Source: Pelomyxa schiedti
Taxonomy: Eukaryota > Protista > Evosea
Assembly (NCBI GenBank): GCA_020536535.1
Contig: JAHLWZ010000817.1
Coordinates: 1-64,000 of the forward strand
DNA length: 64,000 nt
Direction: 5' to 3'
The notes beneath the pieces were generated by a model. The model saw only the letters and a list, made by a program, of their open reading frames with translations, had not been told where the DNA came from and did no database searches. Below are positions 26,755 through 39,298 of this stretch, piece after piece. Numbering within the stretch: position 1 is the stretch's first letter; the number at the start of each line of letters is the position of its first letter. Made by a program: the position numbers and the translations under genes.

Positions 26755-29700
26755 TCATATTCTACATTTGCGGAAAACAGCGGGTCCTCTGGCATAATAC
26801 TCGCTCTTTGACACGGCAAAGCGGGAACTGAATTCAGTTTGTCTTGAGGCAATTGAGGCCCCTGGGGGAAACTTAAATGAATTGAATGGGGAATTTTGAT
26901 ATTTCAAACCTATCCACACTAAATCGCCCCTGTTCGGTGGTGCTTTGACGTTCACAACAATATTAGGGAAACATGGTTGCAAATCCCGACGCAGTCTCTC
27001 TTGGAAACCAGGAATGAGAGAGGTTCCGCCAGATAGAACTACATTGGAGAGTATCTTTTGTTCTGGAAAAAAATTGTAAGCATGGGGGAAAAAAACAAAT
27101 GATGCCCATACGGTCAACTGGATGACAGTCGAAAAGCAGATGATAAATGTTGTTGGCGTATTCAGCTTGCTGGTAAAACCACTCTGGTTCAGTTCTGTGG
27201 TAATTTCCAAGTGACAACACCTTTCCATCAGGGAGGGCAAAACAAGGTTGTTGGGGATCTATGCTGGCTGGGTCTAGTGTAAAATACTTTTCTTTGCAAA
27301 ACTCAAAGGCTTGATAAAATGCCGGAGTTGTTGGAAATATTAAATTCACAGCTCGTGAGAAATTGTTAATGAAGAAGTTGGTGACATCCCAGCCACCAAA
27401 ATCCCAATGCAAGGATTTGCCTGGAACGGGAGCTGGTAGAAATTAGTAAAGCAAATAGAGGGAGAAAAGCTAACTTTCGATTGCAGGGATTATGTTGGTA
27501 CTACCAAAGCCCAGTTCGAGAACCAACCCGTTTGAGGTGCCCAAAGCCCACAAGGGTAATAAACTTTCTTCCAGAAAAGAGAGCGATGACATATTGTACT
27601 CTTCAAAGACAGTCTGAGCAATCCAATTCACTCCCCCATCTTGATCAATGTGTGGTGGTACAGTGACTATTACACCAGTGCTTTCACTATTGAAGGAGCG
27701 ACATTTACAGAATTCTCCTATGTGATGAGACCAGATAGTTGGCCTAGCAGGCCTTGGCCCTGCACTACCAACTTAAGGAATGACAGTTACTATAATTGAT
27801 GAAGGTAGGAGGGAATCTACCGCAGTTCCGTGGATCTAAAATTGACTTAATGCGAAGTGACGGATAGTCACAGCTATTGGTGCCCACGCGGGTGGTACTT
27901 GAGCCACTGTCAATGATAATGAAATGTGGATATCCACCTGTAGAGGGGATAGAACTCGTCAACCCAGGAGACACTTGAGGCATCCTGTGGGCAGTCACAA
28001 CTGGAGAAGTGGGAGGGAGTACAGGTGGACCCTTCCTTTGGATACAGGGAAGTGTTGTGTTTTTTGGAGGTACATTCGCGCTGAGAATTGGAGGTTGTTG
28101 TGGAACCAATGGAAGGGGCATTTGGGGAGGGGTTGTAACTGTTGGAGGGGGTTTAGAGGCTCTCAGGTTAGAGCCAACAAGCCCTACTAGCGCAGGTGTA
28201 GGGAGTGGGCAATGAGGGATTGGAGGGTAAGGAGATTGTTGTGGTAGGAAACGATAACCATTTACTGCTGCGGGAATTGGCAGGTTCAAGGGTGGAGGGT
28301 GGGGTTTTGTCTGTGGTGGGGTAACGAACTTCGGTGGAGGAGGTTGTGGGAGTTGATACGTGTTAGGGGGCAGGTTTTTTACAGGAAAACTCTCTTCTTG
28401 GACCGGTTGGAGATTTTGCAATGTGGGAACTCTCGAGACACAAGAAAGCGGAGGATGAGGCAAAGGAGTTGTAGGAGCTTGTGTCGCTTTAGTCCCACAA
28501 AGTTGTGCATTACTTGGGGACCTATTGTGTGAGGTCGGTAAAGGTAATTGCTGGGGGTCTGTCCTTGGAATATCACGCTCTGGCGCAAGGGGCAAACACG
28601 GAGGAGGGTCATGAAGCGGTGAGAGTGGTGTCCGAGATAGTGGTGCCTTAAATGAGTTAGAAGAGCTACTTGGTTGAGTGTCAGTATTCTGAGATTCGAC
28701 AGACTCTCCGAATAGTTGGGCAGATAGGGAGAGAGGTTGATGCCCTGTATCGTGGTGCGGCAAAGTGGGAGTTAAGGGCTCCCCCTCATGTGTATCTTGA
28801 CTATCTCTTTCATAGAAGTTGACGTTTTCTCTGTCCACCTGTAAATATGTCTCGGCTATTTTCACAGGTCCCGTTGTCATTTTGTCTTGCCATTCATCTT
28901 TCTCTGTCCTTCTCGCTGTTTGGTGGGTCTCATGCAAATCTAAGCGACTTTCCAATGAGTGAGAGTCACGGCTCTCTTTTTTCTCTTTTGCACGCTGCAA
29001 ATTGTCTTGGTGTAACACGTCGTTGCTTAGGGAGTTCCATGTTACAGGCTCCAGGCACTTTGAAATGGGCTCTTTAGCTTTCTCCACATGCGAAGAGTTT
29101 GGTGGCGTGCAGGTGACTGGCTGTGGTTTTAGTGTAGTGTGGGTGACTGGCTGTGGCCGCTCCGTACCACACTAAAAGAACAAGTCAGAATCGTAATGTA
29201 GCCAGATACTAGTGACTTACCTTCATGCTTAGTAGAAGACCTGTTTTCCGACATAAGAAGAAAGAAACAGGGGTAATTCTACTAGTAGTGGTGTGCCATA
29301 CCGCGAGCCGTCGCTTCGTCTCCATTTGCTTGCTCAAGTACATCTTCCAGTAAATCTTCGTCGCACCCGCAGAACGACCGCTTCAGGGCGGTAAGTGCCA
29401 AAGCGCGTTTCTGCGAATTCAGCTGGTCGTGCAGCTCCGACATCCTCCTAGCGGTGCTCTCGTTTTCCGAGAGCAAGGTAGCCAGCCTGAGGTCAGTGTC
29501 CTCCTTGGCCCTGAAGCTCTCTTCCCGCGCCTGTTTGAGGGATTCGGCCCTAGCGCGGTGCAAGTCGTCGTCTTCTATAAGGCGCATTGCTGCCGACATA
29601 GACGTAGGTCTGAGGGTTGCGTGGTTCTGCGGCGCGGGGGGAGTGCCACTAATAGTATTGTTGCTGTTGTTGGTGTTGGTGTTGGTGTTGTTGGTGGCGG

Positions 29701-29905
29701 TGCTGCATGGCCCGGATGCGAGTTTAACTCCTGGTCTATTTATACTATTTATAGGCGGGCGATTTGTTTGTGGAGTCGGCGGTGGCGGGGCACCGGGCTC
29801 CCCGTCGAAGTGGCGCTGTATGTCGAGCCTCACCGAGGCCGTCAGCGACCCCAAGTAGTTGAACAGGTCGTCTTCCTCGTCCTCTACATAGTCGCCGTCG
29901 TCCAT
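26755..29905 (-). CDS. Fusion protein: two UIM-like motifs + CUE-like domain + long Pro-rich linker + divergent actin fold
   Basis: The N-terminal exon (EDDDLHRARAESL; EDTDLRLATLLSENE; LKRSFCGCDEDLLEDVLEQANGDEATAR) splices through introns 29241-29301 and 29172-29220 in frame into ORF 27765-29087. Actin motifs follow: IIIDSGSSTTRVG; IAQTVFEEYNMSSLSF..GLVLELGFGSTNIIP; DFGGWDVTNF; FALPDGKVLSLG; NVVLSGGTSLIPGFQERL..APPNRGDLVWIGASI. Confidence 0.8.
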
Positions 29906-30394
29906 GCTTGGTGTTTGTTGCTTGGGTGGTTGGAATGCACAAGTTGGGCAATTTGGAAACCAACCTTCTCAGGAAGAAGGGAACTCAGAGAGTCGAGGAT
30001 TGCAGGCGCACAATAACGATGCGGAGTATCCTTCTCTGGTGCTATGTGCATTCTAATCAGAGACAGCTTGAAAGACCCCACGATAAAGATCGGTGTTTTT
30101 TAATCCCAAAAAAGTAAGTAAATGCAACACCGGCCCGGTTTTTTCGAGGAGCCAAAAAAAAAAAAAACTCGTTGAGCGAAGAAATAAAAAGAACCAAGAA
30201 GAAGCTCACACCACTACCTCCTTCCGTGCACTTTATTCTTTTTTTTTTTTTTTCGTGGACGTGCATCTTGACGGTGTCAACGTTGCCCGTTTTTTGGAGG
30301 GAACCAAAAACAAAAAAAAAAAGCAAAAAGCAATAGAGACACGAACGCGAGTCGTAGGAGAAGGAAGGAGTTCAAGACAAAAACAAACACAAAA

Positions 30395-31476
30395 ATGTCG
30401 GGACAATTAAGCGAGCCTATCGACCGAAAGTGGGTGCTGTGGCTTCCAGAGACCGCCTCCCGTTTAATCTTGGCTCGGATCGAGCCGTCATCTTCTTCGT
30501 CGTCACCCTCGCCGCGATCATCATCATCATTTCAACACCAACCACAACATCCACAATCACGCCCAACTTCACCTTCGACTCGGTCGCATCAACACAAACA
30601 GCAACAGCAACAACAACAAGACCAAAGCCACGCGTTTACAGCGTCGCTCACATACTCGCCCGAAGATGAAGCGGCTTCATCATTGGAGGGAGATACTGTA
30701 CTAATAGACGACGACGATGATAATGATGTCGACGACGACTGCCAGGATTGCGAGGAGAGAGAGCAGGCGGCGACTGTGGGCGGGGGTGGGTGCTCAGAGG
30801 CAGAGTTGATGGCTATAGCCGAACTGTTCAGCGGCGATGATGGCGGTGTCTCGCTTTCGTGGTACCTATCCAGGATTGTGAGATACAGCGGGATTGGCTA
30901 CAGCTCCGTTGTCGCCTCCATCGCCCTTTTGGATAGGGCTTTGTCTTTGAATCCTACCTTCAAACTCTCTCACTCCAACGTGTACAGAATGGTCCTTGCA
31001 AGGTATAGTATTCCCTTTCGTTTGATGTTAACGAGATATGGGGGGGGGGAGTTTGGGGCAATGTCTTTGTAGGGGGAAATACTTACTTTCTCTCCAGCAC
31101 TGTAGTTGCCACAAAATTCTATGATGACGATTACTACCCGAACAGCTACTATGCCAAGTATGGACAACTGGAGCCTTCATTCGACTTACTTACACTTCTC
31201 AGTGTTGGAGGAGTGAACCCAGAAGAAATGAACCAACTAGAACTGGGGTTCCTTGCACTTGTAAACTTTGATTGTCTCATTAAACGCGATATATATGATT
31301 GCTATGCAGCAGCTGTGTGCTGCACGGACCCTCCGGATTTACCTTCTCCTCCTCCAGGTACAAAGAAAGCCCTACCCGGTCTACATTATCCCACCAAACA
31401 AAGAAACAAACATAGGAGAGGAGAAAAATTCCGAATTGCGCGGGACAGAGAGTCTTATAAACATCGAGGCCACTAA
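30395..31476 (+). CDS. Cyclin of the PHO80/PCL (cyclin U/P) family
   Basis: SLSWYLSRIVRYS..SVVASIALLDR..LSHSNVYRMVLA / STVVATKFYDDDYYPNSYYAK / VGGVNPEEMNQLELGFLALVNF. Confidence 0.9.
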
Positions 31477-31767
31477 CACGGCAATCGGCTTAGTGCAATC
31501 CCACTAATGCACATGTACACACTACAACCACAATCACCCTCACAAACGACGGCTATATTCCTATTTTAAATAGAAAAGGCACCTAGTTTTGACACACTCG
31601 TTTGTTGACAACGGTTCAAAAGTCAAACCCAAAACCCGCTCCCTCAAAACCAACGCAGGCAAATGCTGCCAAAAAGGTTACAGTGTTTCCCTGCGCATCT
31701 CTCCGGCAAATCAAAAGGAGATCTCAAGATCATAAAAACCAAATAAAACAAGAGCAAGAACACCGAA

Positions 31768-33096
31768 ATGAAGGCCGAGGACGACACGACGGCCGCGTGG
31801 CTGGAGCCGCAGTCGATAGACAAGACGTGCTCGAGCCAGCGATGTAAGCGTAAGACCAAAGTGTGGGAGATCCGGCCCGAGTACTGCCGCCGAACCCCGC
31901 GGCACCGCCTCTGCATGTCGTGTTTCCGCAAGTCCATGCGCCCCCGCGAGGGCTGCTGCCCCGTATGCGAGGAAATGGAGGGCCGCAGGATGATTGCCTC
32001 CACCGCCGCCGCAGCGGCCGCGGCCGCCGCCATCACCGCGACCGCCGACGCCGCGATGCTCATGGCGGCCTCTTCTTCCTCGTCTTCCGCGTCGTGCACG
32101 CCCGCGCCGCCATCCATGCCCCTTACAACGGGGCGTAGGCGCAGTAACAGTAATAGCAACAGCAGCAGCAACGGCATCGGCATCAACAGCAACAGCGGGT
32201 GCGCTGTGGCGTCTGCTGCTTCGTGCTCTTCTCCTGGGTGCTTCTGTGGGGGAGGAGGTGCCATGGGAGTCGGCGTCGGCGTTGGCGTGGCGGTCGGTGT
32301 GCAGCAGGGAGTAGACGGTGTCAATATTAGTGCGTATGGGGGCTGCGCGGAAGCGAATGGCGGAATGAGACTGGGCACTGGTACGGGTGGCTTTCTTGGG
32401 GATTCTCAAAGTTTCCCCTTGTACAGCTCACCAAAGCAGCAGCAATTTCAACAGCAACAGCAATTTCAACAACAACAGCAACAACAGCAATTTCAGAAAC
32501 AGACGGATATGCAGCAGGGAGGGCCAGGCCAGGGTATTAAACAGGAACAACATCAGCAGCAAGTGAATGTTTCCAGTATGGGAGGAGATGGCGGGAGCAG
32601 GCTTGGGGAAGAGATAGGCGCCGAACTCGTAACTTCTCCCCATTCTTCTCCGTCCTCCCCGCCGGACTACCCTGAAAGTACACATCCACAGGATGGCACC
32701 TCACTCAACAACGCAAGCTCCACCACAACCACGTCCGGAAATGTACCCCTTGCTCCCGCACACCAAGACGCACCACCCTCCAACACCACCCGGCAGTCAC
32801 ATAACATGCAACAACCCCCTCCGCAACCACCACCAAAGCTGGAATTAGACCGGCTGGTTACCGACGAGCTTGAGGCTGTTGTTCGCGTAAGGGACATACT
32901 AGCCCCAGGGGCAACTTGCCCCACCTGTGGACATAAGTTGCAAGTCTCTGGGGGCCAGTTATCTTCATTGTGGATTACCAATTGCCTTCACCTACTGTGC
33001 ACGCGGTGCTCCACGGATGTTGCCATGTATGGCACATGCCCCCTGTGTCACAAAGAGGTTACAAAGCTGATGAGGACCTACTTTGAAAGGAGATAG
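31768..33096 (+). CDS. Single-exon protein with N-terminal RING-like and C-terminal C3HC4 RING fingers (putative E3 ligase)
   Basis: CSSQRC..CRRTPRHRLCMSC..CCPVC; CPTC..CLHLLCTRC..CPLC; polyA/S/Q low-complexity middle. Confidence 0.8.
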   Translation: MKAEDDTTAAWLEPQSIDKTCSSQRCKRKTKVWEIRPEYCRRTPRHRLCMSCFRKSMRPREGCCPVCEEMEGRRMIASTAAAAAAAAAITATADAAMLMAASSSSSSASCTPAPPSMPLTTGRRRSNSNSNSSSNGIGINSNSGCAVASAASCSSPGCFCGGGGAMGVGVGVGVAVGVQQGVDGVNISAYGGCAEANGGMRLGTGTGGFLGDSQSFPLYSSPKQQQFQQQQQFQQQQQQQQFQKQTDMQQGGPGQGIKQEQHQQQVNVSSMGGDGGSRLGEEIGAELVTSPHSSPSSPPDYPESTHPQDGTSLNNASSTTTTSGNVPLAPAHQDAPPSNTTRQSHNMQQPPPQPPPKLELDRLVTDELEAVVRVRDILAPGATCPTCGHKLQVSGGQLSSLWITNCLHLLCTRCSTDVAMYGTCPLCHKEVTKLMRTYFERR

Positions 33097-33276
33097 CAAT
33101 ATGGAATAGTACATACATGAGAGCGGAGCGTTGTTGTGCTTAATAAGTTGAACTACGACTCTACCTTTTGCTATTGCAGTTCCTTTCTTCTGGAAATGAA
33201 ACCAACTTCATTTTTTTCCCTGTGATCTTAAGATTTTGAAGAAATCAAAACAAAGCGAAAACGAACGGGAACGGTG

Positions 33277-34619
33277 ATGATTGTCGTTTGGGTGGGCGTT
33301 TTGGCTTTGATAGGGGTCGTTTACGGCGATAAAAATTGCACTTATGCAGGTTATTTGTTTGTCATGGGGTTGTTTAAACCTGAATGTTCTTCATTTAAGG
33401 TCCTGCACCTGTAATTTGTGGAGAGGGGCAAGTTGACAAAATGAAAACCTTGGTGGCAGTGGAATCTTTCATATCCATGTTTTGTTCAATAGCGTTCATG
33501 GTTTTTTTGGGATGGAGGACGGGTGTGGGAGGGCAGATGTCAGTAAGAAAAGAACCAAGGACAATGATTCTCAGTGCACTTGCATTTGGTGATTTTCTTA
33601 TGGCTTTGTCAATGGTACGTTGTTGTGAAAAGTTGCTTTGGATAGATGAGGAAAACCAAAACCAAACATACAGATTACCAGCATATTGTCTGACAAAGAG
33701 AATGATAGCGCATGTAAAGCTGCTGGATTCCTTCTTCAGACTGCAGATGTCTTTCTCGCACTTCAGATGGCGCACTTGGCTAGTTTGGTGTATCACTTAT
33801 CTTGTACCTCTGATGCCACCGCTGCAAAGGACAGTTCTAAAGATACTTTTCCGTTTCCTTTAGGAACGTTGATCGTAATTGGGATCAACTTGTATGACCA
33901 TTCCCCATTTTTTCTCATTCCAACCTTAATACACTCTTCTCAGCACCGTAGCACTGGCTATGGCCTTTTTCCCGTTATTTGAAGCAAAATGTGCACACTA
34001 TATGAGATCAAACATTGGAACTTGTTGGATTGCAGCCCATCCCACTGCAGCCCGATATGTAACCATCCTTCCGTACTCCTAACGTAAAATAATCATTGGT
34101 AGGTTTTATTTTATATCTGGGAGTGGCTGATAATAGCAGTTGTGATTGTACTGTACGTCTGTGCATTCTGTGCCGCGTATCGTAAGAACAGTACTGCCAA
34201 GGGAGCAGTAAGTTGTCTACCTCCATCACCTTGACAGCAAAAATCACTCAAACGGCAAAAGGACTTCATGGATGTTTTGAGATATTCATTCTACCCAGGC
34301 GTAATGCTTGTTGTATGGATTCCATCCAGTGTGAATAGGGTGATGGAGAGTGCAGGTCACTATAGTTGTGTCGCAGCTTGGTTCCAGGCTATTGTATTTC
34401 CTTTGTGGGGGTATAACTATTCCTTCCCTCGTTTTTTTACTAGTTATCTACGCGTAAATATGGAGGAAATAAATCCGTTTGTATAACCTTTTTTTTTTAA
34501 GGTGTGGTGACTTCTTAGTATTTATGGCCACCAATTGGAAGAACAGGGCTGTGAAATCGTTTTTTGCCAACAAAATGGGTGCCAGGATTGGTGGAATTGT
34601 TCACTGGGCTGATGCTTGA
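33277..34619 (+). CDS. 7-TM GPCR of the cAMP-receptor-like (CAR/Crl/GCR1-type) family, multi-exon
   Basis: Signal-peptide-like start; TM1 VAVESFISMFCSIAFM; MILSALAFGDFLMALS; GTCWI; FYIWEWLIIAVVIVLYV; RYSFYPGVMLVVWIPSSVNRV; FQAIVFPLWGCGDFLVFM; stop at 34617-34619. Confidence 0.75.
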
Positions 34620-34705
34620 CCAGGAGCCAGAGCAAGTTTTTGCTTTGTTGTTTAAAAACCAATCTCAAAATTGTAGTACATAAAGAATGTTTGCCGAATT
34701 TTGAT

Positions 34706-36334
34706 CTACTCTATCTTTTTGGGTAGTTTTACATTGCACACAGGTTTATGTGCTTCAAATTCAACTATAGCCTGGCTGTATTTGTGGAACAGTTCATCTG
34801 ATTTTGCAATATCCGCCAGTGTGACATTATGTGTGGTCTCCCCTTTTGTGAGCTTCAACTGTGTTTGTTGTCAGCGCAGGAACTTTGAAAAAGGGGCCAT
34901 ACAGTAAGTGGTACTCCCGGTGATAAGAGATACCCAGAAAGCCTCCATTGAGGTGTGGTAGTGTTGTGTGTTTGGGATTGTGGCCTTGGAGCACGGGAAG
35001 TTTCTTGCCTGGACTTTTTGGCCTCGGGTTGGTGTAGCTCCTCCTGATTGAAGTTGAGTAACCCATACAGTTAAAGAGGTGGAGTGACTTACAGTTGCGG
35101 CTAATTCGTCACGTGGTGGGCGTTTGGTTCCACAATGATCCCGGGAGCTTCTCTTTTTTGGGGGATGTATCCTCACTATAGCTCGACCCGATTCTCCTCT
35201 GCAGGCACACATACATTCAACCCGTGTTTCAGAGAAAGTGTCCATAGCCTCCTCAATTGTGCTGGCGATATCTGCTGTGTTGTGCTCAAAGGCAGCTCTT
35301 TTGAATGCTTCATATCTTTCACTTTCAGGACCAAGAGTGTCTCTCACAAACTTCACGACTGGGGCAATACTCAATGTCTCTTCCACAATACGCCTCTCCG
35401 AGGAAGAATTAATAGCACTAGTAGTTGCTGAAATAGTACTATTACCCCCAGCCATTTCGTGGGCAATGTCCTTCAGTGAAGATAGCTTGCCACATAGAAC
35501 ACTGGAAGCAATTCTTTCAAATCTTTGGGAACACAAAACATCCCCATGAGCTAGGAGGGCCTGAGCACAACAGTGTAATTTGTGGTGCAGAATCTCTTGT
35601 GCATATGAATTCTTTCTCCCAGTAACAGCAGTAGTAGTAGTAGTTACAAATACTTCTTCATCATCATCCACGGATCCAGGCTGTAAAAAGCCATTGTGGG
35701 TCACCTCGGAGCACAAAGAGCTTGTAGTAGAATCGCACGAACGAACCTGCTGAGAACAACCAGACGCAGAGCACGAGGACTGGTGGTGATTCCCACAATT
35801 GGCAGGAGTCCCCATCCGCCGGTCCGGAGGTACTATGAACGAGAAAGGGGAACCAGAACATGCCGAGGCAGAGGCAGATGCCGGTTGACGCCGGGGAGTT
35901 ACGTCGTCGCCGAGATCGTCGTCGGCTGCGGCGGCAGCGGTACTAATTGCCGGCGAGGACGACGGGGAGGCGGAGTTGCCGCGGCGTGATACGCAGCCGG
36001 GCGACGCGGCATTATGGGACCCGTTGTGCCGGCGGTCCCCGGGCCCCGCGGCGCCCTCGCGCACCACAACGGCCGGCTGCTGGTTTTTCTGCGCTGCGAG
36101 GGACGGGCAGGCCGCCGGCGGGGGCGAGGGCGACGGGGAGGGGGACGGCAGCGGCGGGGGATCGGCCGAGGCAGGGGCGGGGGCTGGGGCCGGCGCAGGG
36201 GCGGGGGCGAGGGCGGGAGCCCTGGGCTCCGTGGGCTGGGCGGCGGGGGCTTGGATTGGAGCCTCTGTGGTATGATATCTTTCGGCAATGGCGTCGTCTA
36301 CGGAGTTGTACTCTGGGGCCTCGATCCCGTCCAT
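34706..36334 (-). CDS. Hypothetical protein with Pro/Ala/Ser-rich GC-rich N-terminus, about 3 exons
   Basis: Long open first exon from ATG 36334, spliced to GYSTSIRR..GFLGISYHREYHL and LKLTKGE..KLPKKIE*. No family recognised. Confidence 0.6.
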
Positions 36335-36540
36335 TTTTCGCCTTTCTTCTTGATTGTGATGTTGTTTTTAGATCAGGTCAGGAGCTCGACCGCATTCTGG
36401 AATCAGACAAGGGTCAGTCGCATTCCCCTGAACGAGAGAAAATTGCACTTGCGACTTGAACCGGAGGCGATCTCTTCCTCTCGAGGTTCCAACAAGATCC
36501 TATTCGAAAGGACAGCCAAAAAAGAAAGCACAAACACAAA

Positions 36541-39298
36541 ATGAAACGGTTCGTGACCTCGTTATCGGTGGGTCACTCTACCGGATCTGCGACAAGCACG
36601 GATCCTGTAGCAGTTACGGCACATGAAGCTTTCTTTGTCTCGGCATTCCATGGTGATATTGAAAAACTGCTCACTTTCATTGCGAGCGGGACGCCAGTGG
36701 ACTCTATTTGGCACCCTTACTTAGCAGATGTTTCTACCACTTGTTTGTTTGTTCCTTGGTTGTGACTGCTACTCTCAGACTGCGTTGCATTATGGCGCTC
36801 AATCTGGATCTGAGCACTGTGTGGCAGAATTACTGCGTCTTGGAGCTATGCCTAACGTGCAGGTAAACTCCGTTTCGTTCTTCTTTTGACTTATATGCCC
36901 AGTTGGTATGTACTTTACTGGTCTTGTTCTTTATTAAAGGATTTTTCTATGGGATATTGTACTACTCATTTTGGCAGCTGGTGAGCCTTTCTTCAGTAAG
37001 TTTATCCAATGTTAAACAGGCACTAACATGGGAAGATTTAATCATTTTTTTTACCTTGTCCACTATGCTATTTTGTCTCGTATTTTGGACAGCGAGTGTG
37101 TAACGATTTTGTTTTTACCAAAATTTAATACCAATAGAATCATGTTTGCCTTCCTTACTTCCTTTTCTAATGCTGACTTCATTTCCCTTCTTGCATATAC
37201 GAAACTCAAGGAGGTTTTTTTCCTTACTCCACCTCAGACTATCATTAACTGCATCACAAAAAAAAAAAATAGCCTGTATGTCCCTTGGTTCCTTTTCCCT
37301 ATTAATAATGACTCCATATTCTCTGCTTTTTCTGTTTAGTTTGTATGCCTTGTGCAGTCAAACCAAAACTAACAATTCCTTCCAGAGGGTGTGTTCACAG
37401 TCCTAAGTCCTTCACCTTTCTGCTCTTTAATCTCTACTACATGTTACAATTCATATTGACTGAATTTTACAGTGGGTATGACTTTTTTTTTTTTTTTTAA
37501 TTGCACCACTCTAACCCTTTCACAGGAGGTATGGTTTCCCTAATTTCTTCTTGCTCTCAACCGATTCATTTATCTTTTCCTGTGACAGAAGGTCCTTTCA
37601 ACTTCCAACCTTTCTCAGAGTACTAAGTAGTATCTCCAGGGTGATGTAAGTTGGCCACTCTTTATACAAGTCCCTTGATACCTTAATTAGACTCCACTCC
37701 ACATTGCCTGCCGCAATGGAGACACTAAAGTTGTAAAAGTACTACTTGAACGATCCAATGTCACTTTAAGGGTAATTCTGAAGTTCCCTCCATCAGACCA
37801 CAGACATCACCCAAAACACCTTTCAAGATTAAGTTATTGCAGAATAACAAACACTTGACGGCTTGTGAAGTTTCAAAGCTTGTTGCAACTAAAGAGCTTT
37901 TTCAAGCATCTACACACTCGTGTTTGGTAATATTCTGGCGTGCATTCAAATAAATTGAAGACTTGTTATAGGAAGTAGCACTTTGTGACACAGGTACAGG
38001 TAATATTTTTTTTCCTTTATCACATCTTTCCCCTCCCTGTCTTTCATTGACTACTATAAGAAACTCCAGCTGATAGTAATTTACCGTCTTCACTAAAAAA
38101 CCTTGAAATGGTAAAAAAAAATGCAACTTAAACAATGCAACTTGACGTGTTTTTCCTGCATCAGCAACTTTCTGTTGAAAAGCAGGAAAGAGACCTATTC
38201 TGTCGTGTAGCACTGCTCACTACGTTTCACTTCCGATACTTTGAGACTGTCCGTTTTGTTAGCACTGGTAACAATGCCGTCATCACGGAAGTCAGAGTGA
38301 AAATCCACCCAAGCCGGCTTCTTATTCTCAAGAGTGTTTTCGGCATCGATTGCACCACTAGCCCAAATCGCAACCCTAAGTAAGCAGTGTGTTCAGAATC
38401 CAACAGACCATACATAGATATGAGAATGAAATACTCATTGCAGGACATTTGCCAATGCACCCTTCAGTTGTACATCCTATTTCCTCCTTCATAGGCACTG
38501 TACCAGATGCTTGGAGAAATGACATTCCACACGTTCCACATTCTTGTGTGTAGGTTCAATCTACATTCTCATAACACTCGGCACAGGCGAGGGTTTCATG
38601 AACATGCCAGCATTCCACATTGTAATGCCACATGCAGGTAACGTAAACTAGTTTTTGCAGCTAATCTCTTGTTCAGGTGTTCCACTGAAATCATTCCTTA
38701 CTAAGTCTGGTGCTCCAGTACTGGACGTAGACTCACAGAAGATTAAAACGCTATTAAAGCAACTTCTATCAGCGATTGTGCATCTTGAAGATAACTTGAT
38801 TGTCCACAAGGCTCTGAAAAACGAACATATCCTTGTTTCTGAGGACCAAGTACTTTTCTTTCCTTTTTTTTCTTACAAACTCACAGAAAACAGGGAGTTT
38901 GTAATCTCAAACTGATTGATTTCGGTCTTGCTAGAATATGCTTAAACTCCGATCTCGACTGTGCTGTACCTGTGGATGACGTTCCCTGGGGTACGCCAAT
39001 GACACTACCTCCTGATGTTGCTGCCGGAATAGAGGCCACCATTCCACTTGGAGGCATTGTGAGGTTTTCTAAGGCTGATTCTTTTGCTGCCGGACTGGTC
39101 ATATGGGATATTCTATCACCACTACCAGGGGACTTCCCCACAGGAAAGTTATTCAATCCCAGCCATTTGCCACCAATTACCATTGGGTCAGTGAAGAACG
39201 ATACCACTTTTGCCGATGTACTCCTTTCACTCATGAATCCATTTCCCTGTGACCGCATGTCCGCAAAACAAGCACTGTTGCAACTAAGATTCCCCTAA
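36541..39298 (+). CDS. Ankyrin repeats plus PINK1-like kinase-fold domain, probably a pseudokinase
   Basis: TALHYGAQSGSEHCVAELLRLGA and TPLHIACRNGDTKVVKVLL ankyrins; kinase: LLILKSVF, LKQLLSAIVHLEDNLIVHKALKNEHILV, LKLIDFGLA, WGTPMTLPPDV, SKADSFAAGLVIWDIL. Exon structure at about 36900-37650 is unresolved. Confidence 0.7.

Noticed and set aside
34600-34730. Possible coding overlap of the GPCR and the convergent hypothetical gene
   Set aside because: Recounting the T-run at 34560-34565 puts the GPCR stop at 34619, so the CDSs do not overlap.
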